Shown: positions 39,657-49,510, counted from the first letter of the stretch. The stretch is 59,398 bases of DNA from Gemmatimonadota bacterium (GCA_040389905.1 JAZJZK010000002.1:87411-146808); one strand, 5' to 3'. Notes: a model not told the origin generated them from the sequence alone. Numbers and translations are program-made.

Positions 39657-40553
39657 GTGTTCGGTCAATATGGAAGCTGGCGGAGGGTGGCGCCGCTCGC
39701 CCTGGCGGTTGGTTCGGCATGCGCATACCGGCCCGCGTCAGATCCCAATACAACGCTGTCGTTTGGCGCTCCCGAGCGTGTTCGCATCGTTGGGTACGAT
39801 GACGATGCCATGGAGCCGTTTCTCTCGCGCGATGGCAAGTACCTCCTCTTCAACAACCTCAACGAACCGTCGGTCAACACGGATCTTCACTTTGCCGAGC
39901 GTGTCGACGACGTGACGTTTCAGTATCGCGGGCGGCTCGACGGCGCGAACACAGTGGCCTTGGAGGGAGTTCCGACGATGGACCGCGCGGGAACGATCTA
40001 TTTCGTCTCCCCGCGCAGCTATGCGCAAAGCCGTTCGACGATCTATCGCGGCAGCTTCGACGCAGGACGCGTGACCACCGTCGAGCTCGTACCAGGTATC
40101 TCCAGAAACCAGCTCGGCAGGGTGAACTTCGACGTCGACGTCAGTCCCGACGGGAACACGCTGTATTTCGTGGACGGGCTGTTCGGCAATGGCGGGCCGC
40201 CAAAGGAAGCCAAGCTGGTGATTGCCGAACGCGTCGGTCAGCAGTTTCGGCGGAAGGCGAACAGCGACGCGCTTCTGCGCAACGTCAACACGAGTCTGCT
40301 TCAGTACGCAGCCTGCATTTCGGCGGATGGGCTGTCGCTGTATTTCAACCGAACGCGCGTTGGGCTGTTCGGGGGTACGGCGATTTTTCTCGCGACCCGG
40401 CCGGACACATCGTCGCCCTTCGGCGTGCCGAAGCGCATTGCGGCGATCACGGGCTTTGTCGAGGGGGCAACGCTTTCGCCCGATGAGCGATCGGTCTACT
40501 ACCACAAGAAGGACGGTACTCGCTTTGTACTTTATCGCGTCGTCAAGCATTGA
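39657..40553 (+). CDS. PD40/TolB-like propeller lipoprotein
   Basis: SRDGKYL, SPDGNTLYF, SADGLSLYF repeats and a GSAC lipobox-like site. TATCTT -10-like box 5 nt before the GTG. Confidence 0.75.
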   Translation: MFGQYGSWRRVAPLALAVGSACAYRPASDPNTTLSFGAPERVRIVGYDDDAMEPFLSRDGKYLLFNNLNEPSVNTDLHFAERVDDVTFQYRGRLDGANTVALEGVPTMDRAGTIYFVSPRSYAQSRSTIYRGSFDAGRVTTVELVPGISRNQLGRVNFDVDVSPDGNTLYFVDGLFGNGGPPKEAKLVIAERVGQQFRRKANSDALLRNVNTSLLQYAACISADGLSLYFNRTRVGLFGGTAIFLATRPDTSSPFGVPKRIAAITGFVEGATLSPDERSVYYHKKDGTRFVLYRVVKH

Positions 40554-40709
40554 GCCGTGAAATCACGTAGACGCGTTTCGCGCCTGCCCTCGAGGAGCGC
40601 AAGCGACGAAGGGCTCCGACGATATCACGAGCGGAGCAATGCTCTGTGGCGGGGGTATCCAAAATGGGGTATCTTCAGACTGCCTCCACCACCCAACCAA
40701 GGTTTCGTC

Positions 40710-41303
40710 ATGTCAACGTCCGTCGCTTTTCGCGCAACGATGCTCGCAAGTGTCATGGCGCTCGTCGCGCTCGCACCGTCCGCCGCTCAGACCCAAGCTG
40801 GCCAGGCTGCTCCTCCGCCGCCCGCGCCGGCCACCCCAGCCGTCGGCGATGCCGCGCCTGATTTCACCGCGACGGCAACTGATTCCACAGGCAAGACGAT
40901 CCCGGTTTCGCTCGCGTCAATGCGCGGCAAGGTCGTTGTCATCGCGTTCTACCCGGCAGACCGCACGAGCGGTTGCACGGCCGAGCTGACCAAGTTTCGT
41001 GACGAGTACAAGACGCTCTTTGGCGATGGCGTTGCTGTTCTCCCCACGTCGATCGACAGTGTGGCCTCGCACGCCAGCTGGGCAAGGGATGCACATTTCC
41101 CGTTCGCGATGATTGCCGACACCAAGGGTGATGTCGCCGTGAAGTACGGCGCGCAGCGTGCGCCGGGCAGGGCATTCAGCCGTTCGACCTACGTCATCGG
41201 TAAGGACGGCAAGATCGTCTACGCCGAACCCCGCTTCAATGCGTTGGCGCAGGATGGGTATGACAAGCTCGCGGCTGCGATCAAGCAGGCGAAGGGTACC
41301 TGA
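40710..41303 (+). CDS. exported peroxiredoxin (BCP/PrxQ type, 1-Cys)
   Basis: FYPADRTSGCTAE (PxxxTxxC), RSTYVIGKDGKI. Signal peptide. Confidence 0.88.
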   Translation: MSTSVAFRATMLASVMALVALAPSAAQTQAGQAAPPPPAPATPAVGDAAPDFTATATDSTGKTIPVSLASMRGKVVVIAFYPADRTSGCTAELTKFRDEYKTLFGDGVAVLPTSIDSVASHASWARDAHFPFAMIADTKGDVAVKYGAQRAPGRAFSRSTYVIGKDGKIVYAEPRFNALAQDGYDKLAAAIKQAKGT

Positions 41304-41344
41304 TTTGGTCGATTGAGGAGCGGATCTAACTGATGCACCTGAAC

Positions 41345-41389
41345 CAGCCGGATTGAACTGCTTTTTACGGGTTTCAATCCGGCTGTTTT
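41345..41389 (+). terminator. hairpin terminator after the peroxiredoxin gene
   Basis: CAGCCGGATTGAA (41345-41357) pairs perfectly with TTCAATCCGGCTG (41373-41385), followed by TTTT. Lies between convergent genes. Confidence 0.6.
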
Positions 41390-41418
41390 CGTCACGTGGG
41401 CGCACCCCTTCGCCACCA

Positions 41419-43101
41419 TCAGTACCCCGCCGCGTACCCATCCTTTCTCGGATCCGATCCCGCCGCGTAGCCCTTCGTGAGACGGATGATCGCCTGTGCA
41501 CCACCGAATTGGGTTCGCAGTCCATCCGTGGGCTGGTGACCGCGCGCTGACAGTGCCGCGCGAACGGCATCCGTAAACGGCGGCTCTAACTCAACGCGAA
41601 AGCCATCGGTATGTCGGAAGCGCGCCGCATCGATGGCCTGCTGGATGTCCATGCCGAACACGATGTGGTTGATGAGCATCTGCGCGTGTCCCTGTGCCTG
41701 CATACCGCCACCCATCAGCCCGAAGCTCATGTACGGGGTATCGGTGCTTCCATCGGCCTTCGGCACGGCGCCAGGCTTTGTCACGAATCCTGGAATGAGC
41801 GTGTGGAATGGCCGCTTGCCCGGCGCGACCGTATTCGGCAGGCCCGGCTCCAACGAGAAGGCATTTCCGCGATTGTGGAGAACGAAGCCCGTTCCCGGTA
41901 CGACGATGCCCGAACCAAAGTGGTCGTAAATGCTGTTGATGAACGAGACCATGTTGCCGGCATTGTCAGCCGCGGTGAGGTAGATCGTCTCGCTCGCCGT
42001 ACGCGCGGAACCAGGATCGACGCGCTGCTGTGCCCGCGCGGTATCGAGGTGTGACCGCCGCTCGTTGATGTAGTCGTCGGTGAGTAGCCGGTCCGGCGGT
42101 ACGGTGAGATGATCGGGGTCTCCGACGTACTTCGCGAGGTCCGCGTACGCGAGCTTCTTCGCTTCGATCAGGTAGTGGAGGTACTGCGGGCTATTGTGAC
42201 CCATGGACTTGAGATCGTACGGCTCCAGGATCTTGAGCATTTCCAGCACACCGACGCCCTGATTGTTCGGCGGCATCTCCCAGATGCGGTATCCCTTGAA
42301 CATCACCGAAATCGGCGTGACCCACTCGGGCTTGTTCGCCTTGAAATCCGCGAGGGTGAGGAACCCGTTGAGCGATTGTGAGTGCTTCACGATGCGCTGG
42401 CCCAGCGCGCCCCCGTACAGCACGCCGATCCCACCTTTCGCGATCTCGCGCAGCGTCCGCGCGTAGTCGGGGTTGGTGAACCACTCGCCGGGCTCCATGG
42501 GATGCCCGTTCGGCATGTAGGTCGCCTTCGTCGCCGGATCGCTCCCAAGCAAGCGCTCCTCGCTCTTCCATTCGTCCGAGATGATCGGTGTGACCGGGAA
42601 CCCCTCCTCCGCATACCGGATGGCGGGCGCGATCGCCTGCGCGAGTGTCATCGTGCCGTACTTCCTGAGCAGGGCGTCCCACCCCGCGAGCGCACCGGGC
42701 ACAGTGACGGTTTCGATACCGCGCGCTGGCATACGCTGTCGCCCGCGTTTCAACAATTCTTCGCGCGTACTCAGCGCTCCGGCGCGCCCGCTCGCGTTGA
42801 GCGCGACGAGCCGGTGTTCTTTCGCGATCCACACCATCGCGAACATGTCGCCGCCGATGCCGGTCATCATCGGTTCGGTGACGGTGAGCACGGCTGCAGC
42901 CGTGACCGCAGCATCGATGGCGTTGCCCCCGCTGCGCAGCACCGCCAGTCCCGCTTCGCTCGCAAGTGGCTGGCTCGTCGAGACGATGCCGTGTGGCGCG
43001 TAGACGACGGACCGGCCCGCAAGAGAAAGCGGACGCTGAGCAGAACTCGTCGTTGCGACGAGCATCGAGAGCGACGTGGCAGCGACAGTGACGAAACGCA
43101 T
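41419..43101 (-). CDS. ggt: gamma-glutamyltransferase
   Basis: GGNAIDAAV, GIGGD, E-TIYL autocleavage Thr, KRPFHTL, GGGMQAQG, SDPRKDG motifs. Confidence 0.95.
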   Translation of the reverse strand: MRFVTVAATSLSMLVATTSSAQRPLSLAGRSVVYAPHGIVSTSQPLASEAGLAVLRSGGNAIDAAVTAAAVLTVTEPMMTGIGGDMFAMVWIAKEHRLVALNASGRAGALSTREELLKRGRQRMPARGIETVTVPGALAGWDALLRKYGTMTLAQAIAPAIRYAEEGFPVTPIISDEWKSEERLLGSDPATKATYMPNGHPMEPGEWFTNPDYARTLREIAKGGIGVLYGGALGQRIVKHSQSLNGFLTLADFKANKPEWVTPISVMFKGYRIWEMPPNNQGVGVLEMLKILEPYDLKSMGHNSPQYLHYLIEAKKLAYADLAKYVGDPDHLTVPPDRLLTDDYINERRSHLDTARAQQRVDPGSARTASETIYLTAADNAGNMVSFINSIYDHFGSGIVVPGTGFVLHNRGNAFSLEPGLPNTVAPGKRPFHTLIPGFVTKPGAVPKADGSTDTPYMSFGLMGGGMQAQGHAQMLINHIVFGMDIQQAIDAARFRHTDGFRVELEPPFTDAVRAALSARGHQPTDGLRTQFGGAQAIIRLTKGYAAGSDPRKDGYAAGY

Positions 43102-43190
43102 GATGCTTCCCCTCAGCAGGTGATCGACGCACGAAAATAGTGTCGTGGCGACCCTCTCCGCGAGTTCGTGGAAGAGAAGCGCGGGTACGG

Positions 43191-45902
43191 CTACCTCCCG
43201 AGCCAGTAGTTGACCTTCACGAGGAAGATGTTCACCGGCCGATCGCGGAAGATCTCACTCGACTGATTGCGCAGGTCGAACTGGCCCACCGCGTCGAAGC
43301 CATTGCGCTCCTGCGTCCACACGAAGAACACCGTCGATCCCGGCCGATACTGCCACCGAAGCACCGCGTTGCCGCGGAGCGACCGAACCGTAAAGTCCGG
43401 ATCGTCGATCGAGAATGAGGCAGCGGGCCCACTGCCATCGGGGTCCACGGTGTAGCGTCTGGTCGCGGATGCATACGCGATCGACCCGACATCGAGCCCA
43501 TAGATCTGCTTGTCGACGCTGCGTGGCCGCGCGAACTGCCGAAATTGCGAGTAGGCGCCGCTGGCGACGAATGGCTGCGCGAAGAGCTCGAGCGTCAAGT
43601 CAGGAGTGAATGTCCAGTTCACGCGAGTGTCGATCGAGACGGTCTTCTGCTTCAGGTAGGCGAACACGTAACGCGTGCCGCCAAAGGCGGGAACGGTGGC
43701 GTCCGCGACGGACCGAACGTACTGCGCGGCGTCGTCATCGTCATTGTAGCTCGGAGCAATGCTGACGAACACATTCGTCGCCGGCTTGATGGCAATGCTG
43801 GGATTGATCCGCCATGTGTTGGTCAGCGAGTTGATCCCGTGACCGTAATCCAGCCGCATGCTCAGCACCGTCGTCTTTCGATTGTCCGTCGAGACGTTGC
43901 TGGAGTAATAGTCGTAGCCCGTGCGCATCACCACCGGGCCCCCGCGCGTGATGGTTTCGTCGAGCGAGGAGGGATGGTGGATGTAGAAGGTGTTCACCCC
44001 CCAGTAGTTCTTGAGGTTCGAGAAGATGCCATAGTGTTCTTCTTCATCGTTGACGTCGCCGTCATAGTTGTACTGCCGCTGCGCACCCGCGGTGATGTTG
44101 AGATAGCGGAACGGTCCCATTGGTGTCGTCCACTGCCGCACGACGTTGGCCAACATCCATTTGTAGTCGGCACGGTTGAGGAAGGCGATGTCATTTACCT
44201 CGAAGCCGGGACTCCTCCAGTTCTGTGCCGTTTCCCAGAGCCAATCGCCATTGTCCTTTCCGAGCCGCGCGTACAGGCCGTATCCGCGCAGGCTGTTTCG
44301 GGTCTGGTCGTAGCGCGTGTCGAAGAGACCATCGCTGGTCTGGTGACGGTCAATGCGCTGGAAGTACCGCGCGCTCGATTGCTGCGTCGCCGCCATCGCC
44401 GAGTCGGATCCGCCGACATCCGACAGTGCGACGCTGGCGAGCACGGAGTAGTCTCGCTTGCTCCACGCATGCTCCATGTCGAAGCCGATGACATTGGCGT
44501 GGCTACGAAGCCGGTTCACGAGCAACGAGTCCTCGAGCTTTCGCGTGGTGGACGTCAGGATCGCACCGAAGGTCGTCGCACCGTCGCGGAAGTCTCGGCG
44601 CACGCGGCCCACGAAGTAGTTGCTGAGCGGCTCGACCTCCTGTGTGAGCGTGGGCGACGTTGCGGTGGCGCCCGTGCGATAGCGCGCCGCTTCGCGGTTG
44701 GTGACGGCATCGAGGATACCGACGGTAAACCCATTGGCTCGACCGGTGACCTTTCCGGCACCGAGGATCTGGGTGTTCTCGGGGAGATCCGCGAACGAGG
44801 CGCGACTATCGACGAGGCCGTTGAGCTGCGGTGCGCGACCGATGCGTCGCGTGTAGAACAGGTCGAGGCTCGAGACGTTGTCGCAGAAGAAGCAATTGAA
44901 GTTGCCGAAGCTGAACGCCTGGCGTCCGGCAACGAAGAAGGGGCGCTTCTCGCTGAAGAATGTCTCGAACGCGCTGAGGTTCACTGTTGCTGGATCGACC
45001 TCCACCTGTCCGAAGTCCGGATTGACGGTCGCGTCGAGGGTGAGGTTCGACGTCAGCAACACCTTTGCGTCGCCTCCCCACCGAACGATTCCGTTCGCGC
45101 TCTTGTGGAACGGGTCGAACGGATCGGCGTACTTGTATTGCTGACGAAAAATCGCGTACGGCAGCAGTTCGATTTGCCGCGTGCGGCCGGCAAACTGTAA
45201 TCCCTCGAGGTGACCGAAATACGGCGGGCCGCCGGCTTCGTTCCGCTTCCAGAATGACCACATGTCCTGTTCGTTGAGCCGGTCGACGTAGCGCCAGAGT
45301 TGCATCCCCCACGTCTGGATCGAATCACGCGAGAAGCGGAGCTGTGACAACGGGATGCGCATCTCGGCGGTCCAGCCGAGGGAGTCGATCTGTGCGGACG
45401 CTTCCCAGATGGGGTCGAAGGAGTTGTCGTTGTTGAAGTGCTCACCCTTCACGCCTGCAGGATTGACCTCGAACCACACCCGATCGAGGTGATTGTGATA
45501 GGGGTCGAGCACGATGGCGATCTTGTCCGTCGTCAACTGATCGCCGTTCAGCAGCTGATCGCGCCGTGCGAGCGGGGCACGTACACCCGTTCGTCCGAGC
45601 GAGTCGAACATGCGCGCACCGATGTAGATCGCGTCGTTGTCGTACAGGACCCGCACCTCGGTACGCTGAGTGGCCGGCGCTGCTTCGTTCGGCTGTGTCT
45701 GGGTGAATTGTGTGATCAGTTTTGCGCCTTGCCACCCTGCGTCATCGAGCTTCCCGTCAATGAGGATTGCTCCGTTCCGAGGCGACGCGGACGCCGAGGG
45801 CGCCGCTGTTGGATGCACAGAGGCCGATGTATTCTGGGCGAGAATCGTTTCGGGCGCGCAGACCGCGGCGACGATGAGAAGGGGAAGCCAGAAGCGGGGC
45901 AT
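43191..45902 (-). CDS. DUF5916-type outer-membrane protein with CBM9-like N-terminus
   Basis: IDGKLDD, GWTAEMRIP, TVNPDFGQVEVD, EKRPFF, YTRRIGR motifs. C-terminus KVNYW. Confidence 0.85.
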   Translation of the reverse strand: MPRFWLPLLIVAAVCAPETILAQNTSASVHPTAAPSASASPRNGAILIDGKLDDAGWQGAKLITQFTQTQPNEAAPATQRTEVRVLYDNDAIYIGARMFDSLGRTGVRAPLARRDQLLNGDQLTTDKIAIVLDPYHNHLDRVWFEVNPAGVKGEHFNNDNSFDPIWEASAQIDSLGWTAEMRIPLSQLRFSRDSIQTWGMQLWRYVDRLNEQDMWSFWKRNEAGGPPYFGHLEGLQFAGRTRQIELLPYAIFRQQYKYADPFDPFHKSANGIVRWGGDAKVLLTSNLTLDATVNPDFGQVEVDPATVNLSAFETFFSEKRPFFVAGRQAFSFGNFNCFFCDNVSSLDLFYTRRIGRAPQLNGLVDSRASFADLPENTQILGAGKVTGRANGFTVGILDAVTNREAARYRTGATATSPTLTQEVEPLSNYFVGRVRRDFRDGATTFGAILTSTTRKLEDSLLVNRLRSHANVIGFDMEHAWSKRDYSVLASVALSDVGGSDSAMAATQQSSARYFQRIDRHQTSDGLFDTRYDQTRNSLRGYGLYARLGKDNGDWLWETAQNWRSPGFEVNDIAFLNRADYKWMLANVVRQWTTPMGPFRYLNITAGAQRQYNYDGDVNDEEEHYGIFSNLKNYWGVNTFYIHHPSSLDETITRGGPVVMRTGYDYYSSNVSTDNRKTTVLSMRLDYGHGINSLTNTWRINPSIAIKPATNVFVSIAPSYNDDDDAAQYVRSVADATVPAFGGTRYVFAYLKQKTVSIDTRVNWTFTPDLTLELFAQPFVASGAYSQFRQFARPRSVDKQIYGLDVGSIAYASATRRYTVDPDGSGPAASFSIDDPDFTVRSLRGNAVLRWQYRPGSTVFFVWTQERNGFDAVGQFDLRNQSSEIFRDRPVNIFLVKVNYWLGR

Positions 45903-46117
45903 GCGAGGGACGGGATTGTGGGTGATTCCCGCTCCTGCCGTCGGAGCGATGTCCGACTACTACGCCTGTAGATCTGGAAGGTTTCAGCGGTTCCGTCGGT
46001 GGAGTGTCAGGATTGTGCAAACCGGTCTGACGGTCGCTGCGAGGCGATGAGCGGGCTTGCGGTGTCCAACCCACACTGGCCAAGCTACTTCGGTCAAATA
46101 CACTACCGGAGATGGAC

Positions 46118-47011
46118 ATGAGCTTCGCGCCCCCCATTACCGTCTCCAGCCGCACCGCCACCGAGCCCCGCCCGAAGGATGATGAGCTCGATCTTTTTGG
46201 ACTGACGCATCCGGGACTCGTTCGCTCCGACAACGAGGACCAATTCCTTCTCTGCACGGTGCACCCGCAGGTCGTGGTGCACGCAACCAGCCTGCCGGAC
46301 GCCGCCGACTTGGCGCAGCGAGGTCAGCGCGTCGCCACCATCATGCTCGTTGCCGACGGCGTCGGCGGAAGTGCGGCTGGCAAGCGCGCGAGCCGGATTG
46401 CGACGGAAGCCGTGACCCGGTATGTGGCGTCATCCCTTCGCTGCTACCACACCGATATCAACGTCTCCGACGGCGAATTCGAGGAGACATTGCGGGCCGC
46501 GGCAATCGACGCCCACGAGCTCGTCCGCAACGAAGCAGCGACTGTGCCTGGTGAACGCGGGATGGCCACGACGCTGTCACTCGGCATCGTGGTATGGCCA
46601 TGGCTGTACGTCATGCAGGTGGGTGACAGCCGCTGCTACCTGTACCAGCGCGGCGTCCTCCGTCAGTTGACGCGGGACCAAACTTTCGCGCAGGACCTCG
46701 TCGAGCAGGGTGTTTTCACGCGGGAAGACGCGAAGATGTCCCCGCTCAACAACGTGCTCTCGAGTGCCATTGGCGCGACGGAAGCGCAACCCGTCGTGAC
46801 GCGCGTCGACGTCCGGGAGCGCGGTTCCGTGATCCTCGTGTGCACGGATGGCGTGACCAAGCATGTGACCGATGTGGAAATCGGTGAGCATCTGGGCGCC
46901 ATGGAGTCTGCTGAGCAGGTCTCGCGCGCGCTGCTGCAGCTGGCGCTCGAACGTGGTGGCACCGACAACATTACGCTCGTCGTGGGTCGCGCACTCAAGA
47001 CGGTGCCCTAG
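46118..47011 (+). CDS. PP2C-family Ser/Thr protein phosphatase
   Basis: NEDQF, VADGVGG, GMATT, VGDSRCY, CTDGV, GGTDNIT motifs. Start may be 46112. Confidence 0.92.
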   Translation: MSFAPPITVSSRTATEPRPKDDELDLFGLTHPGLVRSDNEDQFLLCTVHPQVVVHATSLPDAADLAQRGQRVATIMLVADGVGGSAAGKRASRIATEAVTRYVASSLRCYHTDINVSDGEFEETLRAAAIDAHELVRNEAATVPGERGMATTLSLGIVVWPWLYVMQVGDSRCYLYQRGVLRQLTRDQTFAQDLVEQGVFTREDAKMSPLNNVLSSAIGATEAQPVVTRVDVRERGSVILVCTDGVTKHVTDVEIGEHLGAMESAEQVSRALLQLALERGGTDNITLVVGRALKTVP

Positions 47012-47038
47012 ACGCAATACTGTTCAGCTAGGCGCTGT

Positions 47039-47287
47039 ACAAAGCAAAAGCTTTACCGCAACCGCACAAAGCAAAAGCTTCACCGCAGAGGACGCAGAGG
47101 CCATGCGCACCCAGAGCAACCTACGATGCGCCGGACCGCAGAGGTCGCTGAGGACTACGAGAACAGAACCAAACCAAACCCCCCACCGCCGTTCCGCAGT
47201 CCTTTGCGCCCCTCTGCGGTCCGGCGCATTGACGAAGGCACGGAAGGCCGAACCTCTGCGTCCTCTGCGGTAAGCTTTGCTCTTGCT
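47039..47287. repeat. repeat family B variant forming a ~210-nt nested hairpin
   Basis: 19-bp inverted repeats at 47082-47100/47253-47271 and 47126-47144/47211-47229. Confidence 0.85.
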
Positions 47288-47320
47288 GTTCGGCAAGCGA
47301 CAATCGAGAGCAAACCCGAG

Positions 47321-47374
47321 GCACCTCGTACTCCGGCGGCAAGTGCAGATCCCTCGACTCCGCTCGGGATGACA
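47321..47374. repeat. repeat family A, loop plus right arm
   Basis: GCACCTCG..GGCGGCAAGTGCAGATCCCTCGACTCCGCTCGGGATGACA. Loop shared with 28482-28535. Confidence 0.85.
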
Positions 47375-47397
47375 GCGCTAACTGAACCGTATTGGTC

Positions 47398-48579
47398 CTA
47401 GCCTTCGATGCGCGCCATTCGCGCATTCAGCTGCACTGTGCCAACGAAGGTTCCGGCATCTGTGACGCGCAGCAACGTGGACGGGCCCGTCGCGATGTCG
47501 CGATGTGACGCGACGTCGTGCGCGCTCACCTCCAGCACATAGCTGCCCGCGGGAACGTTCGCCTGAAACTCCGCCGTGACGGCGAACGGTCCAGGCACGC
47601 TGAGGTCGACGCCGAGTCGCCGGGTGCCGGAGGTGAAGAGCACATTTCCGCTCTGGAGCGAGCGAAACCGCAGGTGGATCGGCTCGACGTCGGAGGGCAA
47701 GGATTCCGAGAGGCGACCATCGATCCGCACCGCGAAGTGCCCGCCTGACTGAACGACGCCGCCGCCGATCAAGGTGGCACGATCCAGGTGAACGACGCCC
47801 GTACTCGACACGACTTTGGCCGCGTCATGATTCGATACATATGCCGCCACGACGTCGTCGGGAGTGCCACGCGCGGCAACCTCGCCCCGGTTGAGCAGAA
47901 TCGCGTCCGTGCAGAGTTCGGCGATGCGATCGAGTTGATGGGAGACGATGACAACCGGAATGCCGCTGCGCGCCAGGTCGCGAATGCGACCGAAGGCGCG
48001 TTCCTGGAATGAGAGGTCGCCGACGGCCAAGACCTCATCGATGATCAGGACATCCGGTTCCATGTGCGCGGCAATGGAGAATCCGAGTCGGGCGTTCATT
48101 CCGCTCGAGTAGTGCTTCACCGGTGTCCCGATCGCATCGGCGATTCCGGCGAATTCGACGATCTCGTCGAACTTCCGCCTGATGTCCTCGAGGCGCATGC
48201 CCATGATCGCGCCCTGGAGAAAGACATTCTCTCCACCGGTGAGATCGCCATGAAAGCCCGCCGCCACTTCGATCAGGGTGCCCACGCGCCCACGTGCCTG
48301 GCAGGCCCCGCGTGTTGGTGCGAGGATGCGGGTGAGCAGCTTGAGCGTCGTGGACTTTCCGGATCCATTCGGTCCGATGATCCCCAGTGTCTCACCCGGC
48401 ATGACCTCGAACGAGAGATCGCGGACGGCCCAGAAATCACCCTCGTGAAGCTCTGCCGGATTGCGCGGCGCCGCGAGATTTCGAACCATCGCGGGAATGA
48501 GATCGCGCAGGCTGTCGTGCAGCTGGCCGCGATGGAACTTCTTCCAGACGTGGTTGAAGACGATGCGCGATTCCTTCAC
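47398..48579 (-). CDS. wzt: polysaccharide ABC exporter ATPase with C-terminal Wzt_C-like domain
   Basis: GPNGSGKST, YSSGMNARLGF, IIDEVLAVGD motifs, plus a beta-rich C-terminal extension. Confidence 0.9.
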   Translation of the reverse strand: MKESRIVFNHVWKKFHRGQLHDSLRDLIPAMVRNLAAPRNPAELHEGDFWAVRDLSFEVMPGETLGIIGPNGSGKSTTLKLLTRILAPTRGACQARGRVGTLIEVAAGFHGDLTGGENVFLQGAIMGMRLEDIRRKFDEIVEFAGIADAIGTPVKHYSSGMNARLGFSIAAHMEPDVLIIDEVLAVGDLSFQERAFGRIRDLARSGIPVVIVSHQLDRIAELCTDAILLNRGEVAARGTPDDVVAAYVSNHDAAKVVSSTGVVHLDRATLIGGGVVQSGGHFAVRIDGRLSESLPSDVEPIHLRFRSLQSGNVLFTSGTRRLGVDLSVPGPFAVTAEFQANVPAGSYVLEVSAHDVASHRDIATGPSTLLRVTDAGTFVGTVQLNARMARIEG

Positions 48580-48592
48580 GCGGATGCCGGCC

Positions 48593-49510
48593 TCATACCA
48601 GCTCGGCGAACCGCCGCTCCGAACGATGGAACCACACCGTGGCCGCCAGGAGCGCGACGATGCCCCAGAGCGCGCTGTACGCGAGGTACCAGGGAGTCCA
48701 AAACTGTACGCCCGTTGCGCTCGAAAGGGGCCGAAGAAGGTTGTGGTGCTGCACGACGCAGAGTCGCAGTCCCTCCAGCAGCGGGGAGACCGGATTCAGC
48801 ATGATGATGCGCATGCCCCGCTCGCCGAGCATTGTGGCGTCGAGCAGGACGGGTGTGGTGAAGATGCCGAAGGTCAGGAAGACCTGGACGAGATATTTCA
48901 CGTCCCGGAAAAAAATATTGGCGCAACTGAGAAAGAGTCCCGCGGCCACGGATTGAATCCAGAGGCCCAAGGCGAGGAGGGGAATCCAGAGCAATTGAAA
49001 GGAGGGCGTGATGCCGAGAAACGGGAAAACGGAAAAGATCAGCAGCGCGCCAATCGCCGTATCGGCCGTCTGGGTGAGCACGGCGCTCAGGGGCAGCACC
49101 TCGCGCGGAAAGTAGATCTTCGTCACGAGGGACTTGTTCGTGAGCAGGCTCGGCGTCGTCTGATTGAGGCATCCGACGACGAAGCTCCACGCCAATGCCT
49201 TGATGGCGAGTCCGACGACCTGCGCTTTGTCGATGCCGCGCCCCGCCGCCACGGAGAATGCGAGGCGGATGGCCAGCCCCGAGAGCACCACGAACATCGG
49301 CATGAGGAGCGCCCACGCAAAGCCGAAGATCGCCTGCTTGTAGCGAATGCGAATGTCGCGCAGCGTGAGTTGCTGGATGAGATCCCGGCTTCCCCGCAAC
49401 TCCTCGATGACCTCGGCGAGATCGGTCCACGGGCTGCGTTTGCTCGCAACGACCGGCACGTCCGAGCTCGCCGAGAGATACGCGCCCCGAGGGGGCCGAG
49501 CGTCGCCCAT
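48593..49510 (-). CDS. wzm: polysaccharide ABC exporter permease
   Basis: RDIRIRYKQAIFGFAWALL, KIYFPREVLP, FRDV, LNP, ERRFAE motifs. Start uncertain. Confidence 0.9.
   Translation of the reverse strand: MGDARPPRGAYLSASSDVPVVASKRSPWTDLAEVIEELRGSRDLIQQLTLRDIRIRYKQAIFGFAWALLMPMFVVLSGLAIRLAFSVAAGRGIDKAQVVGLAIKALAWSFVVGCLNQTTPSLLTNKSLVTKIYFPREVLPLSAVLTQTADTAIGALLIFSVFPFLGITPSFQLLWIPLLALGLWIQSVAAGLFLSCANIFFRDVKYLVQVFLTFGIFTTPVLLDATMLGERGMRIIMLNPVSPLLEGLRLCVVQHHNLLRPLSSATGVQFWTPWYLAYSALWGIVALLAATVWFHRSERRFAELV

Noticed and set aside
40710..41303. Selenocysteine peroxiredoxin
   Set aside because: The peroxidatic codon is TGC (Cys), with no in-frame TGA.
43545..45200. Long antisense or alternative-frame ORFs (also 4285-5622, 9878-11041, 11128-12474, 14015-15346, 17174-18418, 48461-49594)
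   Set aside because: They shadow well-supported genes, are expected at high GC, and carry no recognisable motifs.
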